A stretch of DNA of 64,000 nt, from positions 8,866,001 to 8,930,000 of the forward strand of contig OZ116702.1 of the NCBI GenBank assembly GCA_964199315.1. The letters are read 5' to 3'. The stretch comes from Orbicella franksi. Lineage: Eukaryota. A model generated the notes under the pieces. The model saw only the letters and a list, made by a program, of their open reading frames with translations, had not been told where the DNA came from and did not search any database. A program made the position numbers and the translations under genes. Positions 21,102-35,244 of this stretch are shown here, in pieces. Every line of letters starts with the position of its first letter. Positions within the stretch are counted from its first letter, which is position 1.

Positions 21102-24100
21102 CTGGTGGCATTTAAAACATGCCCACTCATAGGAAGGATTGCCATACACAATATCATTCTCCACTGCCGCGACATCGGCCTTAGCTTGTCTAAACCATCG
21201 CTTTGCTTCACGTGGTTGAGGATTCTTCCTGTGTGAGTTTCGAGGTGACCGTTGTCTTTCTTGATATCCCTGGCGCTGCGTGTAATGTTCCCTTGCACGA
21301 GCTCCCCAGGACGTAAAGAAATCGTCGTAGGATCCACCCGAAGTTCTGGCTCCTTTGTTAGGTCTTCTACTACCCCGTGGTTCACCTCTTTCCAATCGGG
21401 AGGTCTCGTGCTGTATATGTTGACAAACTTCTGTGCAGAATTCTTCATCGCCAAAGTTTTTATCGGGATGCCACTGCAGATACAGTCGCTTAATGATTTT
21501 CCTTCTCTTCTCTTCTGGTAGTTTCCATGCATCCTCCAGGAGGTCTGAAATTTCATCAAACACCTCCTGTCTACTTCTGTTTCTTGGAGGCTCCCTTCGC
21601 TGATCAGATAAAACAATTGCTGATGAGGTGACAGAAGTCACACGATGGAATTTGTACAAGTCAGCAGCATCGACCACAATTTCTTGATCATCTCCAATAT
21701 TGATTTTGTAGCGCTTTGTCAAGGGGCTGAAATCTTCATTTGCCCTTACGTCGATAATCACAGCGTATATGTAGGTAGCGTTTCCTTCTTGCCTCTGCAG
21801 ACTTGGGTCGTCTAGCTCGTATCCCACATATTCGCCGGGTTCAAATTCTTCAAAGGCATCATTCAGCAAATGGTGGTCTTCAATTGGGATAAAGCTCCCG
21901 GGCGGCGGAAAGATTTCGTCTTCTGCTGGACGATTCGAGTCATCTTGTCGAACACCCATATTATCTAACAGCGACCAAATTTCGCTGGGGGAACACAGCA
22001 ACATGGTAGGAATAAGCACCGCCATTCTACCCAGAAGCCCCAAACATATTTCTACGATAACACTGGATACCAATGGTATGGCAGAGGTAATTTCATCCAC
22101 TGCCGATGTAACATTAACATACACCCGCCATATCTCTTCATCAGAAACCACAACTTTGTCTAAAAAGGACTTCACTTCTTCTTCACTTTCAGGAATGGGA
22201 ACTTCATTTGAAAAAAGCGTGGTTTTGAGGCTTTTTACAACACAAAGTTCGATTCGGCGAAGCCCTCTTGCGATACTGTCAATCACACTCTTATTGATAT
22301 CTCTCTTCTGTCGACTGTTCTCGTCTCGAATTAGTCTGATAACTCCAGAACAAAACTGAGGGGAAGAGAGCTGGTGCTTCAGTTGTGTCACAGCTTGATT
22401 CATCACCAATTCAACGGTCTGTGGGGCACTCAGTTTTTCTTCGACAACCTGAGAAAGCATTTTTGGCTGTAAAGCTGTTGGTAACTTCATCGTTAGCTCT
22501 TTATAGTTGATCTGAGTAGAGCTGCAGGTCACATCCATCAAACGAAGGTCGAGTAAGAAAAGTTGATTGAAATTGCGCAGTCGACCCCGCAGAGAGGCAG
22601 GTGCATCATTGAAAATAAGATCTGAAGACTTGTGTAAGGAGACTGGTGTTACCGTCTGGATCCCCTCAGAAGAACTTCCTGTTAAAGACATTCCCGGAAG
22701 GTAAAGCGCTGAAAGGCTCTCCACCGCTTTGGCGTTTTCTTCTAGTCTTTCGAAGAAGCCTTTCGTTGCCTTGACACACATTCTGACTTCATTTGGGTGC
22801 AGTTTTGATTTCTGGCATTTCTTCTGTAACATGTCCAACACCATAGCATAGTGGGAAATTGTAACAACTTTGGAACAGCCAAGGCTCTCAAAGAGTGGGT
22901 GAAATTTTCCAAATTCTTTAGGAATTCCGTAAAGAAATGGTCTAATTTCAAGATGCTCATACAGCTCGAGGACTGCTTGACAAGGTAGAATGAGTTTCTT
23001 TCCATGTTCAACCAAAACGAAAGGGATATTCTCCAGGACTTTCTTTGCCCCACTGTGTGAGATTGGTTTTGTCAGCAAAAATGTGTAAATGCGTTCCATT
23101 ACTGCCATAATTGTGTGACATTGCTCAGACATCTCCTCGTTGTTGTTTGCGAGATATACACATATATTTTGGCAGTGACCAACAACAAGATCGACTGGTG
23201 GCTTCTCTAAAATCTGGAGCTGTGAGACAAAAGAATTACAGTACTGGGCCATGCTGACACCGGGAGGGCTGTTAAGCTCATGAAGACGACACCGTGGGTT
23301 TGCCCATCTTGGAAGTAAATGCGCCTTCGTCCAAACAATTTCTGCATGTTCAGAGGGAACTGCCTCTTTGAACGCAAAGAAAGTAATCTGATGACCTACG
23401 ACGCGCCCAAGCGGTGGAAAAAGTGCTTGAAGGGGTTCTCTTACGGGATCCCCGGCCACGAAACGAATATCGCAAATACTTTGTAGTAGTCCCTCCGCCA
23501 CTACATTTTGTCGGTGTATGAGATGATTGACCAGAACTGTAGATTTCTTGTAAGTGCTATCATCTGGCGCTGATGCGGCCTCATGTGCAAGTTCCGTAGC
23601 AAATCTCTTGAAATTGTTCTTGGTAACTTCATGAACAAGACCAATACGTCGCAGAAAGTCCAACCACTCTGGTGAATTGAGAGGCTTTGAAGGAAACATG
23701 CTTTCTGAAAGCATTATGCTGAAAACATCAATTCCAGGGTCGTAGAAACAGGAGGCAGTCTTCAGACTCCCATCCGCTGAGGGAACAAGTGGGGTATTTC
23801 TTAAACATTCCAGTAGTCTTTCCTGGTCGCCATCTTCTGTTTCGAAATCGTCCAAAATGGATTTCCGGATAAATTCCAGGTGAACCTGCCTTGCATCCTC
23901 GCTAAGAATGGAGAACTTTGTCAGAATAAAGCTGCAATACACGTCAACAGCAGAAACACATTCAAGTTCCAGGAACTTGAACAACTCGGAGAGACTTTGC
24001 CAGGATTTCAGAAACACTACATTAAGCTCACGCTCCAACACATCTATTCCCTTTTGTGGTATTTCATTTGGTAGAACACACACTCTGCGATCCTTGAGTC

Positions 24101-27100
24101 TTATCAAACCACCATGTGTTGCTTCATAAAAGGGTAGCCTTCTTAGGATGATCCTGTCGGCATCTCGCAGGCACTTCACACTTCTACTGAAGTACTCCAG
24201 GATGGTGATACAATCCGGGGAGCCCAGCCTTCCTCTAAGTGACTGCGGGTCTAACTCCATCTTTTGATCAAGTGATGTTAGAAGTGATGCAGGGACCTTC
24301 AGCGATGCAACAATGATACGAGCGAGATTAACCGAGTTTTGAGATGAGCACGCATAGGTACCTGAACCCGTGGTTGAGAGTGTAGTAGAGTTAAGTTCAG
24401 GTAGACCAAGTTTGTGCAAGACGTCCACGAGTTTCTGGCTTGAAGAATCAGCACTTTTGAAGTCGAGGACAGATGCTGCTTTTCCCAGAGGCACAAGGAA
24501 ATTTTCAGCGGGTGGGGGCCCACTGAACTGTAAGAGAGAACGGAAGGAGCGCTTCCCTTCTGTGTTTTTCGCCTCGGTAGCAGGAAGTATGCTCCAGTTC
24601 GACAGGGGTTCAAGTGCTCGCGCAATCTGAAGGTTCCTGGTCTGCGTATCCATGTTTACGTCATCGACAACATCCCTCACAATCTCATGAAGAAAAACCC
24701 ATACCCTGTATATCCATCGTCGGTTGGGGGTAGCTTTTTGGGTTGGATACCACTCAACAAACTCTGCCTTTCCATAGCGTTCCTGTTGCAATGTTTGGGG
24801 TAAGTTCTCTGCGAATGCTCTTACATCCAAAGGCTTCAAAACGGACGAGTTTTTGGTTGTATCATCACTAAATATCTTCCTGTAAACTTGCTCATGAAGA
24901 AAGATATGTGGTGAACCAGGAAGAATATCTTGATATCGAGAGAGGAACTTGGGTTCTTCGCTTGAGAACAAATGAAGACGATTGTCTTGCGTAAGAAGCA
25001 GTGGAAGACCTTCCAGCTTATCGAGAAAGCTTGCATCACCTTTGCAGTACTGCAGCACCACATTAACTCCAAGAACATCTTTCAATGTTGTTCCATCTAC
25101 TTGACAGGGAATTGGCCCAATCGTGCACAAGGGGTTCTGAGAACTACGTGTTCTGTAGAAATCTATAACAGAGCTTGGAGAGATGCAGCATGTAGTTATA
25201 CCAGCTCTCAAAAAGGATTTGTGCAACGACAAGGAAAAGGCCACGAGGTTAAAACCGCTTTCAAGAAGTATTGCCTCAAACCTCTTTATTGTTTCCGTTT
25301 GGGATTTATTTGTTTCCTTGTCAGGGGACATGGCAAAGGGACCTTCTACTTCAAGGTTGTTGAAAAATGCTTGCTCCCTTCCATTGCTGGTTGGTGGTAG
25401 CCACGAAACTTCTACTACAGTTCTACTCTTCGCAGTTTTGCTGGCGACTTCCATTGGTCTTCTTCGAACAACTGGTATGATTTTCAGTTCTCTTCTGTTG
25501 ATTTCTTGATAGACAGAGTCAACCAGCGTCTCCCAATACTGTTCCTTGGGAGGTAGACGTGGGAAAAAGGTTTCGTAGAAAGCAATCTTGTACAGGATCT
25601 CATCTTCGGTGCAGGGGTTTCTATCTTGGATTATTGGTAGCTGAAGAAAATTTCGCACTTCGACCAACAGCGTAATGTAGCACGATGCCACGACATCTTG
25701 CAACAATGCATTATTCCAGTCACTCTGGTATCCACCAGCTTCGTTGCTCCACAAATTTCTTCTTGCCTCGTGTTCCAGTGCAAAGTGACCATTAATGTGA
25801 ACTGGCAGCTTAGTTTCGAATGGAAGTGGCAGAAAACAATAAGCTTTTTTTCTTCTTTGTACATGGCATTTTTGTACAGATTTCTTTTCCAAAAGGCAGG
25901 CCACACCGCCACGAGGAAGCATCCCAAGTTGATGTTTCTCAAAGGCATTAACGATACTCTTCTCCACAGACTTCTCAAAGCCCATCTGTTGAACAATTAG
26001 CCACTTTTCTTGGTTTCCAAGAGTGTCTGTGATGCTCAAGACATAGGACACTCTTGCTACTTGAATGTCAGTTGGAAGAACTTCTCTTCCCTCCTGTAGT
26101 AGCCTTCCAATCTCTTTGATGTAATTGGCAAATGCTCGTCTCTTGAGTTCATCCTCCTCTGACATCACTGCTTCGACTGTGTAAGCATTCTCTAGATCCC
26201 CACTTGTTCTATTGACTTCACAAAGGGTTATCTTCTTCACATTGTTTACAAAAAGGAGAACTTCAAATAGCTCTTTCTTCAATTCCTCCATCATTGTGTC
26301 CAGCTTTTCCAGTGACACAGAACTTGACGATATTTTGGATTCTAGAGCCATATGCGCTGTTCTCAGAGGAAATCTGAACATGGTTGCGCTATCTCTTGGA
26401 AAGTGTTTTCCCAGATAACATGGAAAAACATCCGGAAACCTTCTCTGAAGGGTTGTGTCGACTTTGATCATTAGTCCAGGTTCTTCTGAACTTGCACCAG
26501 GAGCGAACTTACAGTGGGGGTCAAAAACGCACAAGACATCGCCAATCTCCTCTCCTTTTGAAATGAAGGACGGCGCATCAGTCAAATGGTAGACAGCATT
26601 AAACCCGACACCATATTGACCAGTTTTATTTGGATCGTCGCCCTTACTACCCTCGCCAAGATTCCGTATTCCTTCAATATCGGCATTGGTGAAAGGCTTG
26701 TTGTTGTACACACACAAGGCAGGTCCCTGTAGTGCTTGCCAACTGTCTTCAAACACTTTTTCTTTGGGATGGTGTCTGGGGTCTTTTATGAAACAAATCT
26801 CAGTCGCTTTTGCATCATCAGCGTTTTGAAGAAGTTCTTTCAAAATTTCCTTCTCGCATGGATAGCATGTTAGAATACGTTTCAGGCGATTTGTGAGTTT
26901 CTCCCGCTGACCAAAGGGAATGCCAACGACATGAGACCGCAAAGCTTCTTCTCTGCGTGTTTTAACACCGACATAGTTACACGTTTCCCAAGGAATTCTA
27001 GTGCTAACAAAATGCACGCCTGGCTCATCAGGCATCCAAGGACAGTCCTTGATGCAAAGCTCGGAAACTGGTCGCAAAACTCCTCTCGAGTCAGGAAGAT

Positions 27101-30100
27101 AAACAGTTCCACATTTTTCCTCGACTTCAGAAGGATCGCATTCAGAATCTCTGAGAGTTTCGCCCAGTTGATTCGCCAGATGCACGGCAGTCTGAAGACT
27201 TTTTTGATCAAGTTCAGTTTCAGCGAAGCGGCTTTTCATTTGTAGAAGACTTGAAATGAAATCTTTTTCCCCAAAATGGTCCCTTACACCAGCCACTTTC
27301 ATCAGTTTTGGAAAAGCCTCCGCCAAACGTTCTGGAAGCTGGTAAAGGTATGGCGAGCAGTCGACTCTGAGATGAAAAGCCACCTGACTAGCAAAAAGAA
27401 ACTGTCTTCCGTTAAGGATGAAGTTCTTGCTATTCAACAATTTCTCGATAGCCTTCGAATTGTTAGCAAGCGCTTTATCTAGATACGAATAAGCAGCGTG
27501 GCACAAATGGCTTATCTCTTCATGTACATTGAACTCTGACGATTCAACTTTGGTGGACATAGCTACTTCCAGTTGAGCTATTACATGGGCCAAAGTCGCG
27601 TGTTTTTTGTCTAGCCCCAACAACGGTCTAACATTTCGAGGGATAAACACTCCAACTAATGGTTCCGTGCAGCATAAAAGGTACTTTTTGTCTTCCAGAA
27701 AGACATCATTAGGTGCGAGGAGAACTTTGCTTCCTACCTCATCTCCTTTCCATCGAAGAGGAAACGAGGCAGGCTTCTTAAGAACTGGAAGAAACTTTGC
27801 CTCCAAAATGCGTCTTCCAATGATACTGTTTGAGGGAATTTTATCTTCGTATTTCATCTTCTTCTCCATAAATTGTAGCAATACCATCGTCCGCTTGCAC
27901 GCTGCGTCACTGTTGACTTCATTTAGTCGTTGAATACTTTCGGCTCTCTCTGCAATCTCGTGCCAAGGAAGATAATCCGACACCATTCCCAGAGTCTCAA
28001 GTTTTGCAAGCCGTTGAGTGTGAAGGAAAGTATCTTTATTCCCAAAAGGAAACCTTCCATCGCCAGAAAGAAAGAGATGGGCTGCGTCTTTGCTTGGATG
28101 TATGAGTTGAGATGGATACTTGAGGGTGTTACCAAGTGGTGATGCTGGGATGCAAGCATGCGTCCTTATCAGGTCATTGCAGTTGATATCCAGAGCATGA
28201 AGCACTAGTGCATCTCTTAACTCTGGAGGTACAGTGGAGATGTTTGGGAAGAACAGTTCGCAAAAAAATCTATCCTTGTCGTAGATCTTGGGATTTACTA
28301 CTTCTCCCAGTCCACAAAATTGGAACGACCTTAAGACATCCGCGGGAACATCAATGACCACTGCACTTCCTTTCATAAGCAGCTGGAAAACTGTGAGCGA
28401 GATATCTCCTATTAGCGGCTCCTTTCTAAAATCTGGATCAAGAAATGCAATTTCATCAATATTTAGCCACTTCTGTCCGTCAGAAAACAAAGAGTAATTT
28501 CCTCTGGCAACTTGTGTATAGAACGACTTCATGACTGGCCAGCAATTATGATGAGTCTCACAAGCTTTTGGCCACAACGAATGGAACTTATAAGATCCGT
28601 CAGCAGAAACAATGGACCTCAGATCCTCGAGAAGGCAGAGATAAGCAGAAGCAACAGAATCTTGCATGAGTATATTGTTCCAGTCTACTCCATAACACTT
28701 CTTGTCATCTTCAAGTTTTTCCTGCAAATGACGCCTGTTAGCAGCTAATGCAAATGCTCCATTTATGTGAATAGGAAGGCCACTGTGAATTGGAAGTGGG
28801 AGGTAGCAAAACAAGATCCCGTTGACATCTAATCCATCAGCTGTCTTCTTCACAGGCAAGGGCAAAATGGTGCCAGATGTATTTGGAACCAGCTGAACAG
28901 CTGCCCCCGCCGATGGGAGAAGGCTCAAATCATTCTTAGCAAATTTCAGTGCTTGACCATTACCCATGGAAGACGCCACAAGCCAGGTGCTACACTCCTT
29001 TTGATAAGGTACGTCATATGCGAAGAAACTCAGACCGTCCTCCGTAAAACTGCACTTGATGTTAACCTTCATGGCCGATTTTATTAGTTTGGTTGGTGCT
29101 CCCTTCCTAAAATTTCGAGTTACCTGTGACGACACTTGAAGAAAATTGCATTGCTTCAAGAAATCCTTTTCCTCTGAGGCCAACTTCATTGTCGCGGCTG
29201 GTAGATTAACAGGGACAGACAGGCCTCTAACTATTCCACCTTGTGCTAGTGACTTGCTTACTTGAAACAGTAATGTCGCCTTTCGGTCTTGACTGGGAGA
29301 TACTGCCAAAGAAAATACACTGACATGAAGGACATTCTGCGTGAAGAGGAGTAAGGTATTGGCTCCATTAACGAGCATTAGCAACAATTCTCGTATTTGC
29401 TGGTCATCGTATGGTAGCTTCTTTATCTCACTTCTTTCAGCTTGCTCGCTCGTTCTCAATGGAAATCGAAAAAGAGTTCCATCAAATGAATTGTCTTCTT
29501 TATCAAGACGTAAATCACAGCCAAAGATACCAGTGAATGGCTTGAACTGATTGGTGAATTTTCGAAGCCTCTTCACGTCCTTGTTGAGATCAATCTTCAT
29601 TCCTGGCTTCATTTTGTTCTTAATGGCCTTCCCGAGGTATGACGTGTGAGGATCAAAAATGACAAAATAGTTCCTACTAAGGAACATGGGCACATCTGTC
29701 AAATTGTACACCGCATTAAAGCCAAGTCCAAACCTGCCAATCTTTTCCGTTTCGTGCTCTTTTGTTGCCTCATTCAGTTTTGCAATGTTCTCAAAGTCTT
29801 CATCGTTGAATTGAGCGTCATTGTAGACCCACAATGCAGGACCTTGGCAACCTTTCATGCCTTCGTCGATCAAGCATGTCATGGCATCCTCGTTCGTCCT
29901 TTCATCATAGAGAAATCTGACCTCGGTGGCACCGGCATCGTCTGCGTTTTGAACAAGTTCTTTTAGAACTGAAAATCCATCCGTGTACTCCTCCAGAAGT
30001 CGGTTCAGCCGAGTAGTAAGCCTCTCTTCCTGTCCAAACTCTTCTCCTATGGACAGCTCGTCCGGGTCCAGCATTCGATTTGTGAGACTTGGGACACCAA

Positions 30101-32212
30101 GTCGTTCAGCAGTACTGTTAGGGACATTGGGGTGTACATAAAAGTAGTCCATGTCTTCATCGTCACCTTCTCTCTTCAGCCAATCGTGGTGGGAGTACAT
30201 ACAGCACTCTACTGGTTCAAGCCTTACATCTGAGTTGTTTTCAGTGTGTGTTGGTAGAACAATTTGCCCTTGTAGCTCCTCTGTCAACGTCTCGCTTGCC
30301 AACTCATTCAGAATGTTGACGGATAACTGAAGATCGTGCTTTACTTCTAAAGCGCTGGACAGGACATTTCCATCGTCATACTTCTCTTTAATCATGTGAA
30401 GGACCTGTACCAAAACAGTTGGATTACTGCGTTCCCTCATGCCAAAACGGTAAAACAGTTCACCGTACTTAGCCATGTCGGGAGGAAGAGAACGTAAGTA
30501 GGGTGTAAGATCAATGTGTGGCTTACTGAAAAGCACATGGCTAGGTGAAGAAAAGCCCTCTCCATTCCACACCCAATCAATTTCTTCTAAACAGTCATAG
30601 GCAGGATCCCCACCAACGTCCTTTGACGTTAGCACTCGACTAAGCAACAAGTAAATTTCGTTTACCACAACCATAAAGAGCGGTTTTTCTTCTTTTGAAT
30701 ACGATCTGATCACATTCTGCAACTGCTGAATGACCTGGAAGACACCGGGTAGATATTGCCAGCCAAAATACCTGGAAATTTGATTCGTTGGCTGTACTTC
30801 TACAAGAGGCATAACTGTTCCAACGAGGTTTGCGAGATACTGACTTTTCACTTCAGTTGGCTTGAAAAAGTGTTTGTCATTTTCTTCGCCTGCTTCAAAC
30901 CATGCCAATCCCGCAGGATAGTTAGGGGGCCTCTCTTGCAACCTTGAAACCCACGGAATGTCCTTCAAAAGCGATCCTACTGGTTGTCCATTGACTGACT
31001 CTGACAACTTTTGGGGATTGTCTCTGAGGAACTCCAAAACTGCTCTTGACTTCTGCTCTGCAGTTGGAAGGTGAGTAAGCCCACTTACTAATTTCGCACT
31101 TTGGTACAAATCGTATCCAGTGATGTTGTCCTCGCTTTTCATTCCAAGTTCTTCTAACATGACGAGTACAGAACGTTCGTTGTACGCGACTGTGGGGAAA
31201 ACATCTTCATTGACAAATAACTTCTTCAGGATCAGCTTTCTGGGATCAAAGAGGTCTGATGCTCTTGCGCGCCCTCTTTGTGTGGAGACAAAGGGCAAGG
31301 CCTGTAATTCCTGTTTGAAAGTGGAATTTTTGCGAATTTCCCTAGTGTGGTTTTCCAGTACATAAGTCAGGAGTTTGTCAATCTGCTCTCCAGTGTACTT
31401 TCCTCGTTGTATGTCTGGAAACACTATTTGGCAGAGTAACTCAGTTGGCGTTAGAATCTTGACGTCTAATAAAACTGCAAAAGACTTGGAATCGTGCTCG
31501 CTAATGTCAATCAGCTCTCGTACAGGTGAAACCGGAAGAGAATCAGCAACCGCTGCACAAAGACCCTCCGTCTTTGATACGAACTTCTTGGACAGCGTCT
31601 GGAAAATGGGAAGCGAACACAGAAGATTGTACTCCACTTGTCCTACAGATGACCGTCTCACATGGGCAAGAAATGACCTGAGGAGGTGCTTGTCGTTAGC
31701 AGATAATATCTTGCGTACGATTTCTGGAAACTTTCCAGCTGCCATCTGGCCAGAGGAAATCACCATTGCTTTCAAAACGCCTTGTGCGGAGGGTGGATGT
31801 ACAAACGCCCCCAAGACAGCGGGATGGTGTCTTATATAGGCTGGAAAATCATTCATAATAATTACACCAAGCTTCCTCAAAACATTTGTTAGTGTGTCGT
31901 CGAGGCAATCATCATTTAGGCGTTTGACAACAACTCTAGAAGGGCGGCAAAGTCGTGCCAAGGTTATAGGTGTGTGTACTAGGCTGAGTGGAATCAGAGG
32001 TAGTTTTCCAAGGCTCTGAATATCTTCCTCTCTCGTGAAATGTTCTTGAAGATATCTCCAGACAACTTTGATCCAGTCTCTCGGGGGATGATTGTGATTA
32101 CTGTCATCGGGGAACCACGAAACGGTATTACCCTTATTCCACTCATCCGGTAAGGCCTCCGAGAGAAGAGATGGTACATCATCTTCGCATAATAGCCGTA
32201 ATTGTGTAACTT
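21102..32212 (-). CDS. SACS: Sacsin-like copy A, giant exon (11,111 nt): sacsin repeats 2 and 3, J domain, start of HEPN
   Basis: Open frame with ELVQNADDAG/KIGRFGLGF (SRR2), ELLQNADDA/KTGQYGVGF (SRR3), WHPDKN, and AKRWFRQA..EWACFKCHQ. Acceptor TTTCACAG| at 32213, donor |GTAAGA at 21101; phases are consistent. Confidence 0.96.
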
Positions 32213-32519
32213 CTGTGAAAAAACGATAACAACATAAAGAGTGACGGTCTCCTTCATGAGACACGCAATATTAGGACGTTTTTCACCATAATAATGTAAA
32301 ACCAACGAAAAGGAATTGATTAAAGGATAACAACCGGCATGCCTCAGTCGTCTTTGTTACAGTTTTGGTAAGTTAATTCGTTGTAAGGCCGTTTTTCTTT
32401 CCGCTGTGCCATGCGACTTATGAAAGGAATGTCATTAACTACTGTAGATATTAAAATTAAGAATAAAAAATGCTCGGTAAGATAACACCATAATCGAATC
32501 CAAATAGGAATCATTCTAC

Positions 32520-33091
32520 CTTGATCAGCTGCATCATTCAGCTTCCCAATGACGTCCCCATCGAGTTTTTCGTCAAGGAAACGGTGTCCTAAACCAGGAA
32601 ATAGTTGTCGTGGATGATTACGCGAGCAGACATAAATTCGCTCTCCCTGATCTGAAAATTTTGTGAAGGTGCCATTGAAGAGGGGCAACAACATCAAGCC
32701 GCAGAGTTTGTCATATTTGCGGTCTTTAAGACAAAACTGAAGAAGGAGTAGTTTCTCTCGTCTATCAAGGTTCTGGTAACAAGAAGGGACTTGCTTCAAT
32801 ATTGCTCTTGTACCACTGGGTGTGATATTCTTTACCCCTGCATAGCAACTAATGGCGTCCGTGACGTGGCTGGGTACTGAAACGACAGGCACATCAGCTG
32901 CTAGCAACACTTGCTGAAGCAGCTCTTTAGGTTCATCTTTAGACAGCAGGTCAAAAACGGCTTTCTGTACTGTCAGCCATTGCCCAAGATGTGCCGGGGT
33001 GTAAACAACTTTTTTCTGTAGTAGCAAGTGAAACAATACATCTCTTATCTTTTCCCACTTTGGGTCAATGGAGCTGATGTCTGGCCATGCT
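32520..33091 (-). CDS. SACS: Sacsin-like copy A, exon 5 of those resolved
   Basis: Acceptor CTTACAG| at 33092. Reads (K)AWPDISSIDPKW...DAADQ. Donor |GTAGAA at 32519. 572 nt, phase 2 to phase 1. Confidence 0.88.
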
Positions 33092-33616
33092 CTGTAAGAA
33101 ACAAATAAGCGTAACACTGCAGTAGTTCCCTCGTTTCAATACCAGCATAGCAAGCAAGACTCTTCTCAAGAGCCATGCTTGCTATACTGCCTGTGCCTTG
33201 TAAACATTTTTGAAATTACATTTATTTATAGACGCAATATACGACTTAGTTCTTCTCCAAGAGTACCGAGCGTTGGCTCGGTGAACAGCGGTAGCCAGTT
33301 TTAACTTCAATGCTCTACATACTCCGTGTTTGAATGAAATAACATTTTTAACAAGTCCAGATTACTAACAAACGGTAAAAAGCACGACAAACTACGCGTT
33401 CGCGATCGTGGAAACAAAATGGGTCCAACAATACTAAGAGCTTATCATGTGCTAACAACCATCGATTACTTCTGGGTATAGAATCAAAAATCTGTAACTT
33501 ACGTGAAAGCACGTTTAAGGGCCAACACTGAGTGAATATTTTGTAGTTGGAGGTATACTTATCCAAGAGCATGACAGTTATTATCCGAGTCACTTCTCAG
33601 ACAAAATAACACTTAC

Positions 33617-34610
33617 TTGAAGATGGATGTCCTTGGTACGAAAAATGATTTCTCGTTAATTGCTTCCAAAATCATCGTGGCATACGCTCTGGGTATCGCC
33701 TCCTCGAGAAGACATCTGTTCCATAGTAACGACTTGTCCGTCAGCTGCCGACCACTCGTCTCCCGATCCTCTTGATCCGCATTTGGAGATTTGATATAAC
33801 GCCTGTTCTGACTCAAAGCAAAGAAGCCGTTAACGTGCACTGGCAAACCTGTCAAGCTCCTCTTTTGCACCGGCAGAGGCAAGAAGCAGAACACGTGGCC
33901 TTTGATGTCGGGTGTTTGCAGTTTGGGACCTGTTGGCAGTGCCATGGCGACACCCACTGTGGGTAGATAGTTAAGCTCTTTATCTGTCATTAGCCTCTTA
34001 AACCTCATAGAAACCTCCCCTCCACAAAAGTAATTGGTAACGAGGAAAGAATGCTGCTTCACGGGCGAGTGGAGCTTTACTGTCTCTATCGTGACAGGGT
34101 AGGTCACAGTGACAGATTCTGTCATCACTTTTCCAGGTTTGATCTGTGCGAGAAACTCCTTTCTCTTCGCTCGAACTATTTGGAGACTTTGATCGGCGAT
34201 TCTAACTTGGAAGATCCTTTCAGGATCAGACTCTGACTCTTCTCTAACATAAAGCTCAATTGATTCCAGGTGTTGAAGAAAGAGGAGAATTAAGTGGGCG
34301 TCAGCCTCAAAACTTTCAAACAGTGTATCCATCTTCTCTGCAGAGTAGAGTGTTTCTGACAACTCGGAGGGTTTGGTCCTAAAAGGGAAACGGAACAAGG
34401 TGCCATCGTAAAATCCCTGGGAAAAAACATCTTTCGTACAGTCAAAGATTCCTTGGTAAGGAAGGAACTGGTCTGGTATTTCGTCCATTTCTGCGCGGTC
34501 TTCGTTGAGTCGCCAGTGTTTTCCTGTTCTTCTGTGCCGCTTGTCAGAAAAGTGAATACCATGAGGGTCAATGAAGCCAATTTGGGAATCACTGAGTAAA
34601 CTTGGTAAAT
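33617..34610 (-). CDS. SACS: Sacsin-like copy A, exon 4 (SRR1)
   Basis: Acceptor TCTCAG| at 34611. Reads DLPSLLSDSQIGFIDPH...GTLFRFPFRT...FCFLPLP..GLPVHVNGFFAL. Donor |GTAAGT at 33616. 994 nt. Confidence 0.92.
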
Positions 34611-35096
34611 CTGAGATAGAAGAGTGAAGAAAACATGACTCAGGGGACCACTATATGGTGTCAAGTGCTTTTATTTAAGTAACGGAATATTGAATTCAAT
34701 CTTGAAACAATTGTTTCACTTTTCTAAACAAAGTAGGCCAATTTAATTAACTAATAGAAGACAAGAGTTTTAAACGTTTCTCTTTGCAGCTATTGTCGTT
34801 TTTCATCTGGTTCAATAAATAAATATGAGTCTTTAAGCAGGGTCTCTCCTTCAGTTATGATTAAGAGGGCGCATATGTGTAGACCTATTTGTTACTCTGT
34901 GAACCTTAGATTCTCTGTGATTTCATATCACTGGATGATTTTTTGTATGGAAATATAAAAACGTGATTTGGTCGTAGCTCTCTGAAAAATTCTTTGTGTT
35001 AAGTAGATCTGGAATGTACATCTTTTACCTATGTACCATGTTAGCGACGTATATAAACACTAAAATTTATTAAGATTGTACTGGAGAGGCATGTAC

Positions 35097-35244
35097 CTGT
35101 CATGTGAAATACAGACTTGAATCCCAAACCAAAACGGCCGACTTTCATTGGATCTTCCACTTTGATGCTATCACAGACCAGTCGAATACCCTTCCAGTCT
35201 TCTCTTGTAAACCGTGCGTTGTTGTAAGCGTAAAGCGCTGGGCC
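35097..35244 (-). CDS. SACS: Sacsin-like copy A, exon 3 (SRR1 Hsp90-like ATPase, G1 box)
   Basis: [49 protein letters not shown], with AG/GT boundaries. 148 nt. Confidence 0.92.

Noticed and set aside
32213-32264. ORF-track starts at 32264, 62963, 33117, 63950 and 34488 as real start codons
   Set aside because: They lie in introns or inside exons. Splice sites shared by both paralogs define the true boundaries.
33145-33183. Small hairpin in sacsin A intron 4 (ATAGCAAGCA..TGCTTGCTAT)
   Set aside because: The right arm is not conserved in the homologous intron of copy B, so it is probably incidental.
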